Source of the DNA: a cyanobacterium endosymbiont of Epithemia turgida isolate EtSB Lake Yunoko
GTDB lineage: Bacteria; Cyanobacteriota; Cyanobacteriia; Cyanobacteriales; Microcystaceae
Direction: 5' to 3'
DNA: 32,000 bases
NCBI RefSeq assembly: GCF_000829235.1
Contig: NZ_AP012549.1
Coordinates: 2,700,001-2,732,000 of the forward strand
Notes under the pieces: model-generated
Told to the model about the DNA's origin: nothing
What the model saw: the letters and a program-made list of their open reading frames with translations, nothing else
Databases searched by the model: none
Made by a program: the position numbers and the translations under genes
Shown here: positions 18,866-29,365 of the stretch, piece after piece
How the letters are laid out: every line of letters starts with the position of its first letter
How positions within the stretch are numbered: the first letter of the stretch is position 1

Positions 18866-19363
18866 TTACCTATTTTCTATAGAGACTAAAACAAGTCCAT
18901 TTTTGAACGCTGAAGGGATTTGTTCCGAAGTCACCAAATAGTGAACGACATCATTTCCCGCATCATTAAACACCAGTTCTAGGATGGTTACATAGAGATA
19001 ACTGCATACTACATAAAAAGCCCCGTTTTGACCAATAGCTCTCCCAACATCAAGTTGACTGATAACATTGGGGGGCAATTCCATATGAAAATAGTTGAAG
19101 TTTAAAAGTTTACATGACCTTATAAAGTCCTATATAACCGCAAATATACCCCAAAAACTTCGTATATCGCTTTTAATACGAAAATTGACACGATAATCTT
19201 GCCATTTCACACTTAAGGCAAGTAATAACCACCATGTCATTCCCGGTCCTAAAGCTACTGTTACGCTCTAAGAGAGGTTGTATCGTATTCTTGCTTCTTC
19301 GGTTAATAGAGTCGAGATTATGCCAACAGCTCTAATTACATCTTCTACTGCGGTAACCCTGAT
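18866..19363 (-). pseudogene. stop-interrupted relic of an unidentified gene
   Basis: One continuous minus-strand frame, checked codon by codon. IRVTAVEDVIRAVGIISTLLTEEARIRYNLS, TAG (19268-19270), SVTVALGPGMTWWLLLALSVKWQDYRVNFRIKSDIRSFWGIFAVI, TAG (19130-19132), DFIRSCKLLNFNYFH, then the 72-aa ORF from the track (18866..19084). There is no start codon in the first segment. Confidence 0.4.
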
Positions 19364-19629
19364 TCATAATTATTATGCTACGAACATCCTTACATTTCTT
19401 AATGTTTATTTTCTTATCCTAATTTTAGGTCTCTCGTAAGAGAAGAAACAATAGTTCTGGATAAGGAGTTTCTTCCCCCGAAAATATTACCTATGAGTAA
19501 TTTGTCAGAAAGCGGATAACGTCTTGAATGAAAATTCAATTCCACAACTGTAGCCTAGTTAGCCAATATCCAATTACGGATGCCAGAACTAGTATTAAAA
19601 TTATTGAAAATCAATACTTTGCAGTTATT

Positions 19630-19977
19630 ATGATTCAAATTACACCAGCCGCAGTTAAAGAAGTCCAACGAATGCAGAGCAGCCGTCAGAAAGTCAACAA
19701 TTACTTTCGACTAAGGGTAAACAAAGGAGGATGTTCGGGACTATACTATATTTTTGAATTGTCTGAAACCCGACAAGACAGCGATTATCTCTACCAAATA
19801 GAAGGAATTTCAGTGCTGATTGATCAGTCCAGTCTTCCCTATCTTAAAGAGTTACGTTTGGACTATGCTGAAGACTTAATGGGTGGGGGTTTTCGCTTCT
19901 CTAACCCCCAGGTCGCAGCGACCTGTAGTTGTGGTTTATCCTTTACTATCAACCATTTTTTAAAAAATACGCCTTAA
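19630..19977 (+). CDS. HesB/IscA-family iron-sulfur cluster insertion protein
   Basis: ORF track 19528..19977. The family N-terminus begins at the internal Met (MIQITPAAVKEVQRM). Contains the GGCSG block and the C-terminal CSCGLSF Cys motif. Confidence 0.85.
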   Translation: MIQITPAAVKEVQRMQSSRQKVNNYFRLRVNKGGCSGLYYIFELSETRQDSDYLYQIEGISVLIDQSSLPYLKELRLDYAEDLMGGGFRFSNPQVAATCSCGLSFTINHFLKNTP

Positions 19978-19981
19978 GGAG

Positions 19982-20011
19982 TTGACATACTATCTTCAAT
20001 ATAGGTATCAT
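19982..20011 (+). promoter_or_regulatory. candidate sigma70-type promoter of the str operon
   Basis: TTGACA (19982-19987), 18 nt, TATCAT (20006-20011), about 65 nt upstream of the rpsL ATG and just after the iscA-like stop. Pattern match only. Confidence 0.3.
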
Positions 20012-20075
20012 GGTAATTTGTCAACGGCTATATTAATGATTAAGGGTTGGTTGTAACCCTAATTTGAGTTTACCC

Positions 20076-20465
20076 ATGCCCACTATTCAACAACTTATTC
20101 GCAGCGAACGCTCAAAACTGAAAAAGAAGACGAAATCGCCAGCACTCAAAGAGTGTCCCCAACGTCGGGGGGTGTGTACCAGGGTTTACACAACTACCCC
20201 AAAAAAACCTAACTCAGCCTTGAGGAAAGTAGCACGGGTTCGTCTTACCTCCGGCTTTGAAGTCACCGCCTACATCCCTGGGATTGGTCATAATTTACAA
20301 GAGCACTCCGTTGTCCTTATCCGTGGAGGTAGGGTCAAAGACCTACCTGGAGTGCGCTATCATATCATTCGCGGAACATTAGATGCGCAAGGGGTCAAAG
20401 ATCGCAAACAAGGGCGTTCTAAATATGGAACCAAACGACCCAAGGATAAAATTTCCAAAGGATAA
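20076..20465 (+). CDS. rpsL: 30S ribosomal protein S12
   Basis: [12 protein letters not shown]...[31 protein letters not shown]. The ORF track begins 4 codons earlier at a TTG (20064). Confidence 0.97.
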   Translation: MPTIQQLIRSERSKLKKKTKSPALKECPQRRGVCTRVYTTTPKKPNSALRKVARVRLTSGFEVTAYIPGIGHNLQEHSVVLIRGGRVKDLPGVRYHIIRGTLDAQGVKDRKQGRSKYGTKRPKDKISKG

Positions 20466-20565
20466 GATTATAGATAGGGTGCATCTAATTATTAATTATC
20501 ACTAAGTCTAAAAGTATGATTATCTTTAGTTAGGCGATTACCATATACTTTAGTTTCACCTAGTC

Positions 20566-20619
20566 TTGCCTTGAACAACGATTGTAGTTTTCTTAGAGAG
20601 AAATCGGATTCAAAGGCAA
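20566..20619 (+). promoter_or_regulatory. imperfect hairpin in the rpsL-rpsG spacer
   Basis: ttgccttgaa..cgatt (20566 onward) pairs with aatcg..ttcaaaggcaa (to 20619). About 15 bp with one bulge and one internal loop, and an 18-nt apical loop. It sits in a 267-nt intercistronic spacer. Confidence 0.3.
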
Positions 20620-20732
20620 TGCTAAATAATGTAAGTCCATAAACGACGAATGTCTCCCAAGTATACTATCCTCTTCATGGGAAGAAGGGGAAACCATAAT
20701 CGCTATATTAAATTTAAGAGGAAAACCCAGCT

Positions 20733-21203
20733 ATGTCTCGTAGAGGAAACATAAAAAGACGACCGGTTCCCCCCGATCCCGTTTATAACAGCCGTTTACT
20801 CAGTATGACAATCCGTCGAGTAATGAAAAGCGGCAAAAAGTCGGTAGCGACTGGCATTATCTATGATGCGATGACGTCCATCAATGAAAAGACGGGAACT
20901 GAACCTTTAGAAGTTTTTGAAAAAGCTATTAAAAATCTGACCCCCTTAGTAGAGGTTAAAGCACGTCGGGTTGGAGGTGCTACTTATCAGGTTCCCATGG
21001 AGGTTCGTTCCTCACGGGGAACAACTCTAGCATTACGTTGGTTAGTCCACTATGCTCGTATTAGAGGAGGTCGCACCATGTCGAGCAAATTAGCCAGTGA
21101 AATTATGGACGCAGCTAACGAAACCGGGGGAGCAATGAAGAAGCGGGATGAAACCCACCGTATGGCTGAAGCGAACAAAGCCTTTGCCCACTATCGCTAT
21201 TAA
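20733..21203 (+). CDS. rpsG: 30S ribosomal protein S7
   Basis: 156 aa: MSRRG...PDPVYNS...[19 protein letters not shown]...[10 protein letters not shown]. Confidence 0.97.
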   Translation: MSRRGNIKRRPVPPDPVYNSRLLSMTIRRVMKSGKKSVATGIIYDAMTSINEKTGTEPLEVFEKAIKNLTPLVEVKARRVGGATYQVPMEVRSSRGTTLALRWLVHYARIRGGRTMSSKLASEIMDAANETGGAMKKRDETHRMAEANKAFAHYRY

Positions 21204-21313
21204 GGGCTAGTTTTGCCAGGGAGTAGTGACTAAAGCCCGATAAAACGCCCATTCTCCTATAGTGTGAACAGATAACAGATGAAACTAGTTTAGACAAAAC
21301 CAAGGAGGTAGCT

Positions 21314-23401
21314 GTGGCACGTGCTATTCCACTGGAGAAAGTACGAAATATAGGCATCGCAGCCCATATAGATGCAGGCAAAACCACCACGACCGAGCGG
21401 ATTCTGTTTTATACAGGAATCGCCCACAAACTTGGCGAAGTCCATGAAGGTACTGCCACCATGGACTGGATGGCACAAGAACAGGAACGAGGCATCACCA
21501 TCACTGCTGCTGCCATTAGTACAAGTTGGCTTGACCACCGGATTAATATCATCGATACTCCAGGTCATGTGGATTTTACCATTGAAGTAGAACGCTCTAT
21601 GCGGGTATTAGATGGTGTAATAGCCGTATTTTGTTCCGTCGGAGGTGTCCAGCCTCAATCAGAGACAGTATGGCGACAAGCGGATCGCTACCAAGTACCT
21701 CGCCTTGCCTTTGTGAACAAAATGGATCGCACCGGAGCTAACTTCTTCAGGGTTTGCGAACAAATTAAAGATCGCCTCAAAGCTAATTCAGTACCGATTC
21801 AAATTCCCATTGGGAGTGAAAACGATTTTCGTGGAATTGTGGACTTGGTTCGGATGCGGGCTAAAATATATCAAGATGACTTAGGTAAAAATATCGAAGA
21901 TACAGATATCCCTGGGGAATTTTTAGAGCAAGCCCTTGAATATCGAAGTAAACTTATTGAAGCGGTAGCTGAAAATAATGAATATCTCTTAGAAAGATAT
22001 CTCGAAGGAGAAGAACTAACTGAAGCTGAGATCAAACAGGGACTACGCTTAGGAGTTCTTAAGCATTCTATTGTCCCTCTCCTTTGTGGTTCTGCTTTCA
22101 AAAATAAAGGGGTGCAACTGCTTCTCGATGCTGTAGTCGACTATTTACCCTCTCCCCTGGAAGTGTCAGCAATTAAAGGACTATCACCTGATGGAACTGA
22201 AGAAGAGAGAAAAGCTTTAGACGATGAACCGTTCTCCGCATTAGCTTTTAAAATTGCCGCTGATCCCTATGGCCGCCTGACTTTTATGCGGGTTTATTCT
22301 GGGGTTTTGGCTAAAGGGACTTATGTATATAACTCAACCAAAAATAGTAAAGAACGACTTTCACGTTTAATAGTTTTAAAGTCTAATGATCGCATTGAAG
22401 TTGATGAACTGAGAGCTGGAGACTTAGGAGCTGCCATTGGCTTAAAAAAGACTACCACCGGGGATACCCTATGTGATGAGAATAAGCCCATAATCCTTGA
22501 ATCTTTATTCATCCCAGAACCGGTAATTTCGGTTGCTGTCGAACCCAAAACTAAACAGGATATGGAAAAGCTTTCCAAAGCCCTTCAATCTCTCTCTGAT
22601 GAAGATCCCACCTTCCGAGTGAGTATCAATCCTGAAACCAATCAGACAGTTATTGCTGGGATGGGTGAATTACACTTAGAGATCCTTGTTGATCGAATGC
22701 TGCGAGAACATAAGGTAGAGGCGACAGTGGGTAAACCCCAAGTAGCCTACCGCGAAACCATCCGTAAACCCTGTGACGCGGAAGGGAAGTATGTTCGCCA
22801 GAGTGGGGGAAAAGGTCAATATGGGCATGTCATTATTCACCTTGAACCAGGAGAATTGGGAAGCGGTTTTGAATTTATTTCCAAAATTGTCGGGGGAATC
22901 ATACCTAAAGAGTACATTGCCCCTGTGGAACAGGGGATAAAAGAAGCTTGTGAATCAGGTATTATTGCAGGGTATCCCGTCATCGATCTTAAAATAATGC
23001 TGGTTGATGGTTCCTACCATGATGTTGATTCTTCAGAAATGGCCTTCAAAATTGCCGGTTCAATGGCTATTCGCAATGCGGTCACTAAAGCATCCCCCGT
23101 TGTGCTAGAACCAATGATGAAAGTTGAGGTAGAAGTCCCTGAAGATTTTCTAGGAGAGATCATGGGAGATCTAAACTCTCGTCGTGGCAGCATCGAAGGG
23201 ATGGAATCTGAATACGGCCTTGCTAAAGTTTCTGCTCATGTTCCTATGGCAGAAATGTTTGGTTACGCAACCGATATCCGGTCAAAAACCCAAGGTCGGG
23301 GAATCTTCTCGATGGAATTTAGCCATTATGCCGAAGTACCGTCCAGTGTCGCCAAAGCGATCATAGCAAAAAACACAGGGAACGCCTACTACAGTGAATA
23401 G
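21314..23401 (+). CDS. fusA: translation elongation factor G
   Basis: 695 aa, GTG start preceded by aaggagg (21302-21308). G-domain motifs [14 protein letters not shown] and NKMD. Confidence 0.97.
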   Translation: MARAIPLEKVRNIGIAAHIDAGKTTTTERILFYTGIAHKLGEVHEGTATMDWMAQEQERGITITAAAISTSWLDHRINIIDTPGHVDFTIEVERSMRVLDGVIAVFCSVGGVQPQSETVWRQADRYQVPRLAFVNKMDRTGANFFRVCEQIKDRLKANSVPIQIPIGSENDFRGIVDLVRMRAKIYQDDLGKNIEDTDIPGEFLEQALEYRSKLIEAVAENNEYLLERYLEGEELTEAEIKQGLRLGVLKHSIVPLLCGSAFKNKGVQLLLDAVVDYLPSPLEVSAIKGLSPDGTEEERKALDDEPFSALAFKIAADPYGRLTFMRVYSGVLAKGTYVYNSTKNSKERLSRLIVLKSNDRIEVDELRAGDLGAAIGLKKTTTGDTLCDENKPIILESLFIPEPVISVAVEPKTKQDMEKLSKALQSLSDEDPTFRVSINPETNQTVIAGMGELHLEILVDRMLREHKVEATVGKPQVAYRETIRKPCDAEGKYVRQSGGKGQYGHVIIHLEPGELGSGFEFISKIVGGIIPKEYIAPVEQGIKEACESGIIAGYPVIDLKIMLVDGSYHDVDSSEMAFKIAGSMAIRNAVTKASPVVLEPMMKVEVEVPEDFLGEIMGDLNSRRGSIEGMESEYGLAKVSAHVPMAEMFGYATDIRSKTQGRGIFSMEFSHYAEVPSSVAKAIIAKNTGNAYYSE

Positions 23402-23525
23402 CAAACGGTGAAAAGTGGATAGTAAACCCTTAATAGTTAATAATGAACTACGGGTAACTGATTACTAATCACTGAAATTTATCACTGTGATTTAAACAGA
23501 AGACAAAAAAAGGAACAATTGACTA

Positions 23526-24755
23526 ATGGCACGCGCAAAATTTGAACGGACAAAACCCCACGTTAACATCGGCACCGTCGGTCACGTTGATCATGGAAAA
23601 ACCACCCTCACAGCAGCTATTACCATGACTTTGGCTGCTGCAGGTAGTGCTAAAGCTCGTAGCTACGAGGAGATTGATGCAGCCCCTGAAGAAAGAGCGC
23701 GGGGTATCACCATCAATACCGCCCACGTTGAATATGAAACCCCAAATCGCCACTACGCTCACGTAGACTGCCCAGGACACGCTGACTACGTTAAGAACAT
23801 GATTACCGGAGCTGCTCAAATGGACGGAGGCATCTTGGTAGTATCGGCGGCTGACGGACCTATGCCCCAAACTCGTGAACATATTCTATTAGCAAAACAG
23901 GTTGGGGTTCCTAGCCTAGTGGTCTTTTTAAATAAAGAAGACCAAGTTGACGACGAAGAACTTCTCGAACTGGTAGAACTTGAAGTCCGTGAACTCCTTA
24001 GTGAGTATGATTTTCCTGGAGATGAAATTCCCATCGTCACTGGATCGGCTTTGATGGCCGTAGAAGCTCTAAAAGAAAATCCTAAGCTTGCTGCCGGGGA
24101 TAATCAATGGACAGATAAAATCCTGAAGTTGATGGGAGAAGTGGATGCCTATATACCCGAACCCGAGCGAGAAATCGATAAACCCTTCTTGATGGCAGTT
24201 GAAGATGTCTTCTCCATTACTGGGCGGGGAACAGTTGCCACCGGACGGATTGAACGGGGCAAGGTTAAAGTGGGCGAAACCGTTGAGATTGTTGGCATTA
24301 GAGACACCCGTAACACCATTGTTACTGGGGTAGAAATGTTTCAGAAAACCCTTGATGAAGGAATAGCAGGGGATAACGTGGGTCTGCTTCTGAGGGGTAT
24401 CCAAAAAGAAGACATTGAACGAGGAATGGTTCTGGCTAAACCTGGTTCAATTACTCCCCATGTCCTATTTGAAGGTGAAGTTTATGTGTTAACAAAAGAA
24501 GAAGGGGGTCGTCACACGCCTTTTTTTAAGAACTATCGCCCTCAGTTTTATGTCCGTACTACCGATGTAACTGGAACCATTCAAGACTACACTGCCGATG
24601 ATGGCAGTGCAGTGGAAATGGTAATGCCTGGTGACCGGATTAGAATGAAAGTGGAACTCATCAATGCTATTGCTATTGAGCAAGGAATGCGTTTTGCGAT
24701 TCGCGAAGGTGGCCGTACTATTGGTGCGGGTGTTGTTGCGAAAATTATCAAGTAG
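23526..24755 (+). CDS. tuf: translation elongation factor Tu
   Basis: 409 aa with [17 protein letters not shown] and NKED, and a canonical cyanobacterial EF-Tu sequence throughout. Confidence 0.98.
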   Translation: MARAKFERTKPHVNIGTVGHVDHGKTTLTAAITMTLAAAGSAKARSYEEIDAAPEERARGITINTAHVEYETPNRHYAHVDCPGHADYVKNMITGAAQMDGGILVVSAADGPMPQTREHILLAKQVGVPSLVVFLNKEDQVDDEELLELVELEVRELLSEYDFPGDEIPIVTGSALMAVEALKENPKLAAGDNQWTDKILKLMGEVDAYIPEPEREIDKPFLMAVEDVFSITGRGTVATGRIERGKVKVGETVEIVGIRDTRNTIVTGVEMFQKTLDEGIAGDNVGLLLRGIQKEDIERGMVLAKPGSITPHVLFEGEVYVLTKEEGGRHTPFFKNYRPQFYVRTTDVTGTIQDYTADDGSAVEMVMPGDRIRMKVELINAIAIEQGMRFAIREGGRTIGAGVVAKIIK

Positions 24756-24860
24756 GACAACTTAACCCTGATTAGCGGCCAGTTATCAATTCTTGACTGG
24801 TCGCTGGCAGAATGATGGCTTAATCTATCAATTACAACTGAACCTTGACAACTAAAAATT

Positions 24861-25175
24861 ATGGCTACACTGCAACAAAAAATTCGGATTCGCTTAAAAG
24901 CTTTTGATCGTCGCTTACTTGATACCTCCTGTGAGAAAATTGTTGATACAGCTAACCGAACAGATGCAACCGCAATAGGCCCCATTCCTTTACCCACTAA
25001 ACGTCGGATTTATTGTGTTTTGCGATCACCTCACGTAGATAAAGATTCTCGTGAACACTTTGAAACCAGAACCCACCGAAGGATTATTGATATTTATCAG
25101 CCCTCTTCCAAAACTATTGATGCTTTAATGAAATTGGATTTACCGGCAGGGGTTGAGATTGAAGTTAAACTGTAG
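24861..25175 (+). CDS. rpsJ: 30S ribosomal protein S10
   Basis: 104 aa: [11 protein letters not shown]...[35 protein letters not shown]. Confidence 0.97.
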   Translation: MATLQQKIRIRLKAFDRRLLDTSCEKIVDTANRTDATAIGPIPLPTKRRIYCVLRSPHVDKDSREHFETRTHRRIIDIYQPSSKTIDALMKLDLPAGVEIEVKL

Positions 25176-25287
25176 TATCAACGATTGAGCCTATCCTTTT
25201 GATAAAGAATAAAAAAAGTTATACTTACCAAACTGATGAGAGCTAGAGCTATTGTATAGCTACTAATCATATTGATTTTAGTTTGAA

Positions 25288-25319
25288 AAGAGAGTACATA
25301 GGTATCTCTCTTTTTTTTT
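25288..25319 (+). terminator. intrinsic terminator of the str operon
   Basis: aagagagtac-atag-gta(t)ctctctt stem with a one-base bulge, followed by a run of 9 T (25311-25319). It lies 113 nt after the rpsJ stop. Confidence 0.5.
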
Positions 25320-25450
25320 GACAACCATTCATCATTGACACTCTTACGAAAAAAGTAGTTTTTGGCTGTTTTTTACATATTCAACAAATTATTCTTATCT
25401 TTAAGAGCATTGTTCTTCTCAAGAAAGAAAAGTCAGTTATACATTAAGTA

Positions 25451-25492
25451 AATAAAAACAAACTTTATCTGAAAATAAAGTTTGTTTTTATT
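25451..25492. repeat. perfect inverted repeat, 18-bp arms, 6-nt loop (bidirectional terminator-like)
   Basis: aataaaaacaaactttat (25451-25468), ctgaaa, ataaagtttgtttttatt (25475-25492). The arms are exact reverse complements. An A-tract lies 5' and a T-tract 3' on both strands. Confidence 0.9.
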
Positions 25493-26037
25493 CCTAAGAA
25501 GAGATAAAAATATACAAGATAGAATACTTTAGCCAGTTTATCAGGAACACCTGGTCAAGGCAGGAGTATTTCGGTAAAATACAGGTTAGACGGAAAGTTA
25601 AGAATAGGAAAGAGAAGCATGATTTATTGAGGTATGACCTTATGAAGATAAAATTTCGTCTCGATCTTACCGAAGCATTTTTTATCTAGATAACTTTTAC
25701 TAAAGATTTGAACAGCATCAACATACCACAGCAAATTATTGCCTTTTAAGTTAAGTCTAGGTAGTAAAGATGACCGTAAACTTGTTTCTGAGTTAAGATA
25801 AGGTTTAATTAACAAATTATTTAGAAATCCAAGATACATTGCTCAAGGACTCTTTGAAGACTCTATCAACGAAGATGAAGCAAAAGTTAGTGAAACTGAT
25901 TGATTAAATTTGATTTCGTAAGTGTTATTCGATTAAAACGGTTAATAACTACGACTAGTTAGGAAAATTTTAGCAGATTAGTGCAATGTTATTTTCCTTG
26001 TACTTACCAACTCATTGCCAGTTGAATTCATATAATT

Positions 26038-26631
26038 CTAACTAGCATTTCTTGCCTTATTTTTAATATTAGTCTTTTCCAAAAACTTGGATAACTCAGT
26101 TTTTGATAATATTTGTGGTAACAAATAGCTAACTCCAGAAATTAATGTTAGAAGGACAGCAACCCAAAATACAATTGAGCACAAAGTACCCCACCACTGA
26201 GGACTAAGAGGAACAATTAATAGAGCAATGGCTATTATTTGGCTGACAGTCTTTAATTTTCCCCACCAATTTGCCTCTTGAACTTTTCTATTTTGAGTCG
26301 TCAAATTTAGATTAACTCGCCAGCTAGTAATTGCCAATTCCCGGCTCATAATCAAAAAAACCCCCCAAGAGGGAACCTTTCCTAATTCAATTAGACTTAA
26401 TAACGGGGCGAGAACTAATAATTTATCTACTAAGGGATCAAGAAATTTTCCTAATTCTGTAACTTGATTTAATCGCCTTGCTAAGTAGCCATCTAACCAG
26501 TCTGTCCCTGCTGATCCTAAAAAAATTGCTACGCTAATCCAGCGATGAGATGGGGTAGGATCATGCAAGAAATAAAACATAAATGGCAATCCGAATAAAC
26601 GCGATAACGTAACTAAGGTGGGGAGATTCAT
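26038..26631 (-). CDS. pgsA: CDP-diacylglycerol--glycerol-3-phosphate 3-phosphatidyltransferase
   Basis: 197 aa membrane protein with the CDP-alcohol phosphatidyltransferase motif DWLDGYLARRLNQVTELGKFLDPLVDKL. Confidence 0.85.
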   Translation of the reverse strand: MNLPTLVTLSRLFGLPFMFYFLHDPTPSHRWISVAIFLGSAGTDWLDGYLARRLNQVTELGKFLDPLVDKLLVLAPLLSLIELGKVPSWGVFLIMSRELAITSWRVNLNLTTQNRKVQEANWWGKLKTVSQIIAIALLIVPLSPQWWGTLCSIVFWVAVLLTLISGVSYLLPQILSKTELSKFLEKTNIKNKARNAS

Positions 26632-26698
26632 ATTTATTTGGCAAGCATTTTTAACTGAATTACGGAAACCTAACCAACAAATTATTGAAGTTACCCAC

Positions 26699-27301
26699 CT
26701 AACTTAGGCTACCTTGCTTTTCATTAGCGATTAGCTTAGCAGCTAAGACTCCGCCGAGAAACCCAAATAGATGGCCTTCCCAAGAAATTCCAGGGCTAAA
26801 AGGTAACATCCCTAACACTAATCCACCATAGAGAAAACTCACAATAATGGACAGAAAAATTGAGACGAAGTTCCTTTGAAAATATCCTCGTAATAGCAAA
26901 AATCCCAAATAACCAAAAATAAGGAGACTAGCCCCAATATGAACTGAACCAGGAACCCCAAACAACCAAACCCCAAAACCCCCTACTATCATCGTTAGTA
27001 AAGTAACAATCCAAAAATCACTGGTTTTTTGTAACATCACAAACCAGCTTAAAACTATAAAAGGAATGGTATTGGCAATTAAATGACCTAACCCGCCATG
27101 CAGAAACGGGGCAAATAAAATTCCTCGCAATCCAATTAATTTATGAGGAATAATGCCAAATCGGTCTAAATATCCTTTAAAAATTAACAGATCTAAAAGT
27201 TCTAAAACCCAAAAAATACTAATAAATCTTCCCAAGATACTAACACGGTTTTTTATTTTATAGGAGATACTATTATCTTTGCGGTAATTCATGGGGCTCA
27301 T
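26699..27301 (-). CDS. rhomboid-family intramembrane serine protease
   Basis: 200 aa polytopic ORF with FLHGGLGHLIANT (H-x3-N), the GASLLIFGYLG Ser motif and the HLFGFLGG His motif. It lies 67 nt upstream of pgsA on the same strand. Confidence 0.8.
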   Translation of the reverse strand: MSPMNYRKDNSISYKIKNRVSILGRFISIFWVLELLDLLIFKGYLDRFGIIPHKLIGLRGILFAPFLHGGLGHLIANTIPFIVLSWFVMLQKTSDFWIVTLLTMIVGGFGVWLFGVPGSVHIGASLLIFGYLGFLLLRGYFQRNFVSIFLSIIVSFLYGGLVLGMLPFSPGISWEGHLFGFLGGVLAAKLIANEKQGSLS

Positions 27302-27420
27302 ATTTGAGGAAGTTTTCGCTTTAAGTCAACTTAAATCTGACCACGCTAAGGTATATTAACGATAATATTTTATAAAGTCACAATTTTACTATAAAAATAT
27401 TGATTAAATTGCAAAAACCT

Positions 27421-27787
27421 ATGGAATTCATTGAAATTACTAAAATTAGGTCCTACGGCTACACGGGATATCTGCCAGAAGAACAGGTATTAGGTCAATG
27501 GTTTGAAGTCGATCTAATCATAGGACTTGATCTAAGCTCTGCGGGAAACAGAGATCAAATTAAAGATACATTGGATTATCGTCAAGTGATTGCCATAGTT
27601 AAACGTTTCATTGTTACCCCAAAATTTGCCTTGGTTGAAAAAATGGCTGAGGTGATCGCTCAAACGAATTCTAACCTTGAACAAGGTTCAACAGGTTAGA
27701 ATTCGTTTGAGTAAACTGGCAGCTCCTATTGCTGATTATAGCGGAAAAATTACCATTGATATGACAAAAAGACGAGAAAACTTCTAA
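27421..27787 (+). pseudogene. folB: dihydroneopterin aldolase interrupted by a 1-nt frameshift
   Basis: N-terminal part from ATG 27421: MEFIEITKIRSYGYTGYLPEEQVLGQWFEVDL...KFALVEKMAEVIAQ, then out-of-frame tail and stop at 27697-27699. The conserved C-terminus RILTLNKVQQVRIRLSKLAAPIADYSGKITIDMTKRRENF* is in the +1 frame (open from 27656, stop 27785-27787). The most likely indel site is the caaa run at 27661-27664. Confidence 0.75.
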
Positions 27788-28375
27788 ATTTTTCCCTTTG
27801 TTAGTAAGTCCAAGTATAAATATCGAGTTTAATCATAAATCTACAAAAAATCTTGGTCTTTAGGGGAAAAGTCAAGGGCACAACAGTCATATTTTTCTAA
27901 CCAACGAAAATGTTTAGTTATATCAAAGGTTACAACAATTTTTTAGAAGGAAATTAAATAAATTTTTAATCAACTACTGAATTTTTTGTCAATATGAGGA
28001 TAATCTCCTGAACTTTCAAACAAATGCAGTGACAACAAGATCTGTCATGTTAATAACAAGGGACTATAAAAAATAGCTTAGTTCTACTCTCAATAGTAAT
28101 TTGAAATATTTTTTCTGTTAAATAACTTTCTACACTATTGGAAGACAATGACCTATAAAGTCAAGGTCGGGTAATTTAAACAGCTTGGAACGACTATGTA
28201 GTAATATTTCAATGAGTTGTATTTTGAGCATAAAACATCAACGGTCTGGATACTTATTCGGTTTTGATATTCCCATAAAATCTTATTCCTAGAAAAGTGT
28301 TTAAAAAAAGCTCACCTCTGGAGAGATTGATTATACTCAATAAAGAATAAAGAGTTTTTTAGATAGAGTTCTTAT

Positions 28376-28990
28376 ATGAGTGTTGAGTCTGAGATTAGAC
28401 GATTATTGGAGCTTATGCCGGCTTCTGGGCGAATGTTAACCAAAATTATTAGCAAACCTCAGCAGTCAAAGGTAATTGATGCGCCATTTTCTCCTCCCTG
28501 GAATCGAAATGGCCGTCCCATATATATTAACTTTGATTTATGGTGGCAATTACCAAAAAAACAACGAGATTTACTACTTTTAAGAGCAACTGCCAGTTTA
28601 ATTAGAATTAAATGGCTTAAGCCTAATCTATATCAAGGAATCACCGCAGTCGGATTAGTAGGACTGACAGTTCAAACGGCTCAAGGGGATATTTTAGGAA
28701 TGATAGTTTCTGGAGGATTGACCGCGATTTCCACTTACCAAATTTGGCGCAGTAATCTAGGTGTGCAACGGGAACTCGATGCTGATGAAGAAGCTATTAA
28801 AATTGCTTTTAGACGAGGCTACAATCCAGTAGAAGCCTCGAAGAATCTCCTTGACGCGATTGAAGTCTCTTCCCAATTAGAAGGGCGTTTCAGTCTCAGT
28901 TTTATGGAGTTAATTCGTTGCCAACATCTTAAGAAGCTCGCAAATATCTCCCCGATTGGCGTTCCTGATATAGTAAAAACAAGAGAATAA
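28376..28990 (+). CDS. conserved hypothetical membrane protein (cyanobacterial type)
   Basis: 204 aa ORF with coding-like composition and two hydrophobic segments (GITAVGLVGLTV, GMIVSGGLTAIS). I recall similar roughly 200-aa DUF-type proteins in cyanobacteria but cannot name the family with certainty. Confidence 0.6.
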   Translation: MSVESEIRRLLELMPASGRMLTKIISKPQQSKVIDAPFSPPWNRNGRPIYINFDLWWQLPKKQRDLLLLRATASLIRIKWLKPNLYQGITAVGLVGLTVQTAQGDILGMIVSGGLTAISTYQIWRSNLGVQRELDADEEAIKIAFRRGYNPVEASKNLLDAIEVSSQLEGRFSLSFMELIRCQHLKKLANISPIGVPDIVKTRE

Positions 28991-29365
28991 TTAGTTACAA
29001 TCAATTAATTGCTCCATATATAAATTTAGATTACTCCATTGAGCAGATAATTTTGTTTAAGACTTGATAATAAACTCAGCTTTATATTATCGATATAGAA
29101 ACTTTTGCTTCGGGTTCTTTTAACTAACTCTTTGACTCAATTATTACGCAATAATTAGTATTATATCCTTATTATTTAACGAAACCCTACTAATATTTTT
29201 TAAAAAAAATTAAACTGAATATTTTCAATGAAAACTTCAATTGTGTAAATTTAATCACAAAGATTTTTTCATGAGACTTCTTCTAAAAATTAATTAGTTC
29301 TACCTCTATCATTAATTAGGATAAATAAGTTATATTGATAAAATCACGTTATTTAGTAACTGTTA

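Noticed and set aside
18866-19363. Idea that the two in-frame TAG codons indicate amber read-through or recoding.
   Set aside because: There are only two events, the first segment has no start codon, and I see no supporting machinery or context. Ordinary pseudogenisation is far more likely.
21115-24997. Many 60-136 aa ORFs overlapping rpsG, fusA, tuf and rpsJ on the opposite strand or in other frames (21115..21390, 21290..21568, 21372..21590, 21871..22101, 22321..22578, 23184..23366, 23523..23882, 23816..24040, 24069..24404, 24489..24683, 24587..24997).
   Set aside because: They lie entirely inside or across highly conserved translation genes. They have odd Ser/Arg/Cys-rich compositions and are classic shadow ORFs.
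25624-25839. 71-aa minus-strand ORF downstream of the str operon.
   Set aside because: It is AT-rich, has no recognisable domain, is preceded directly by an in-frame TGA, and has no plausible expression signals. At best it is another gene relic.
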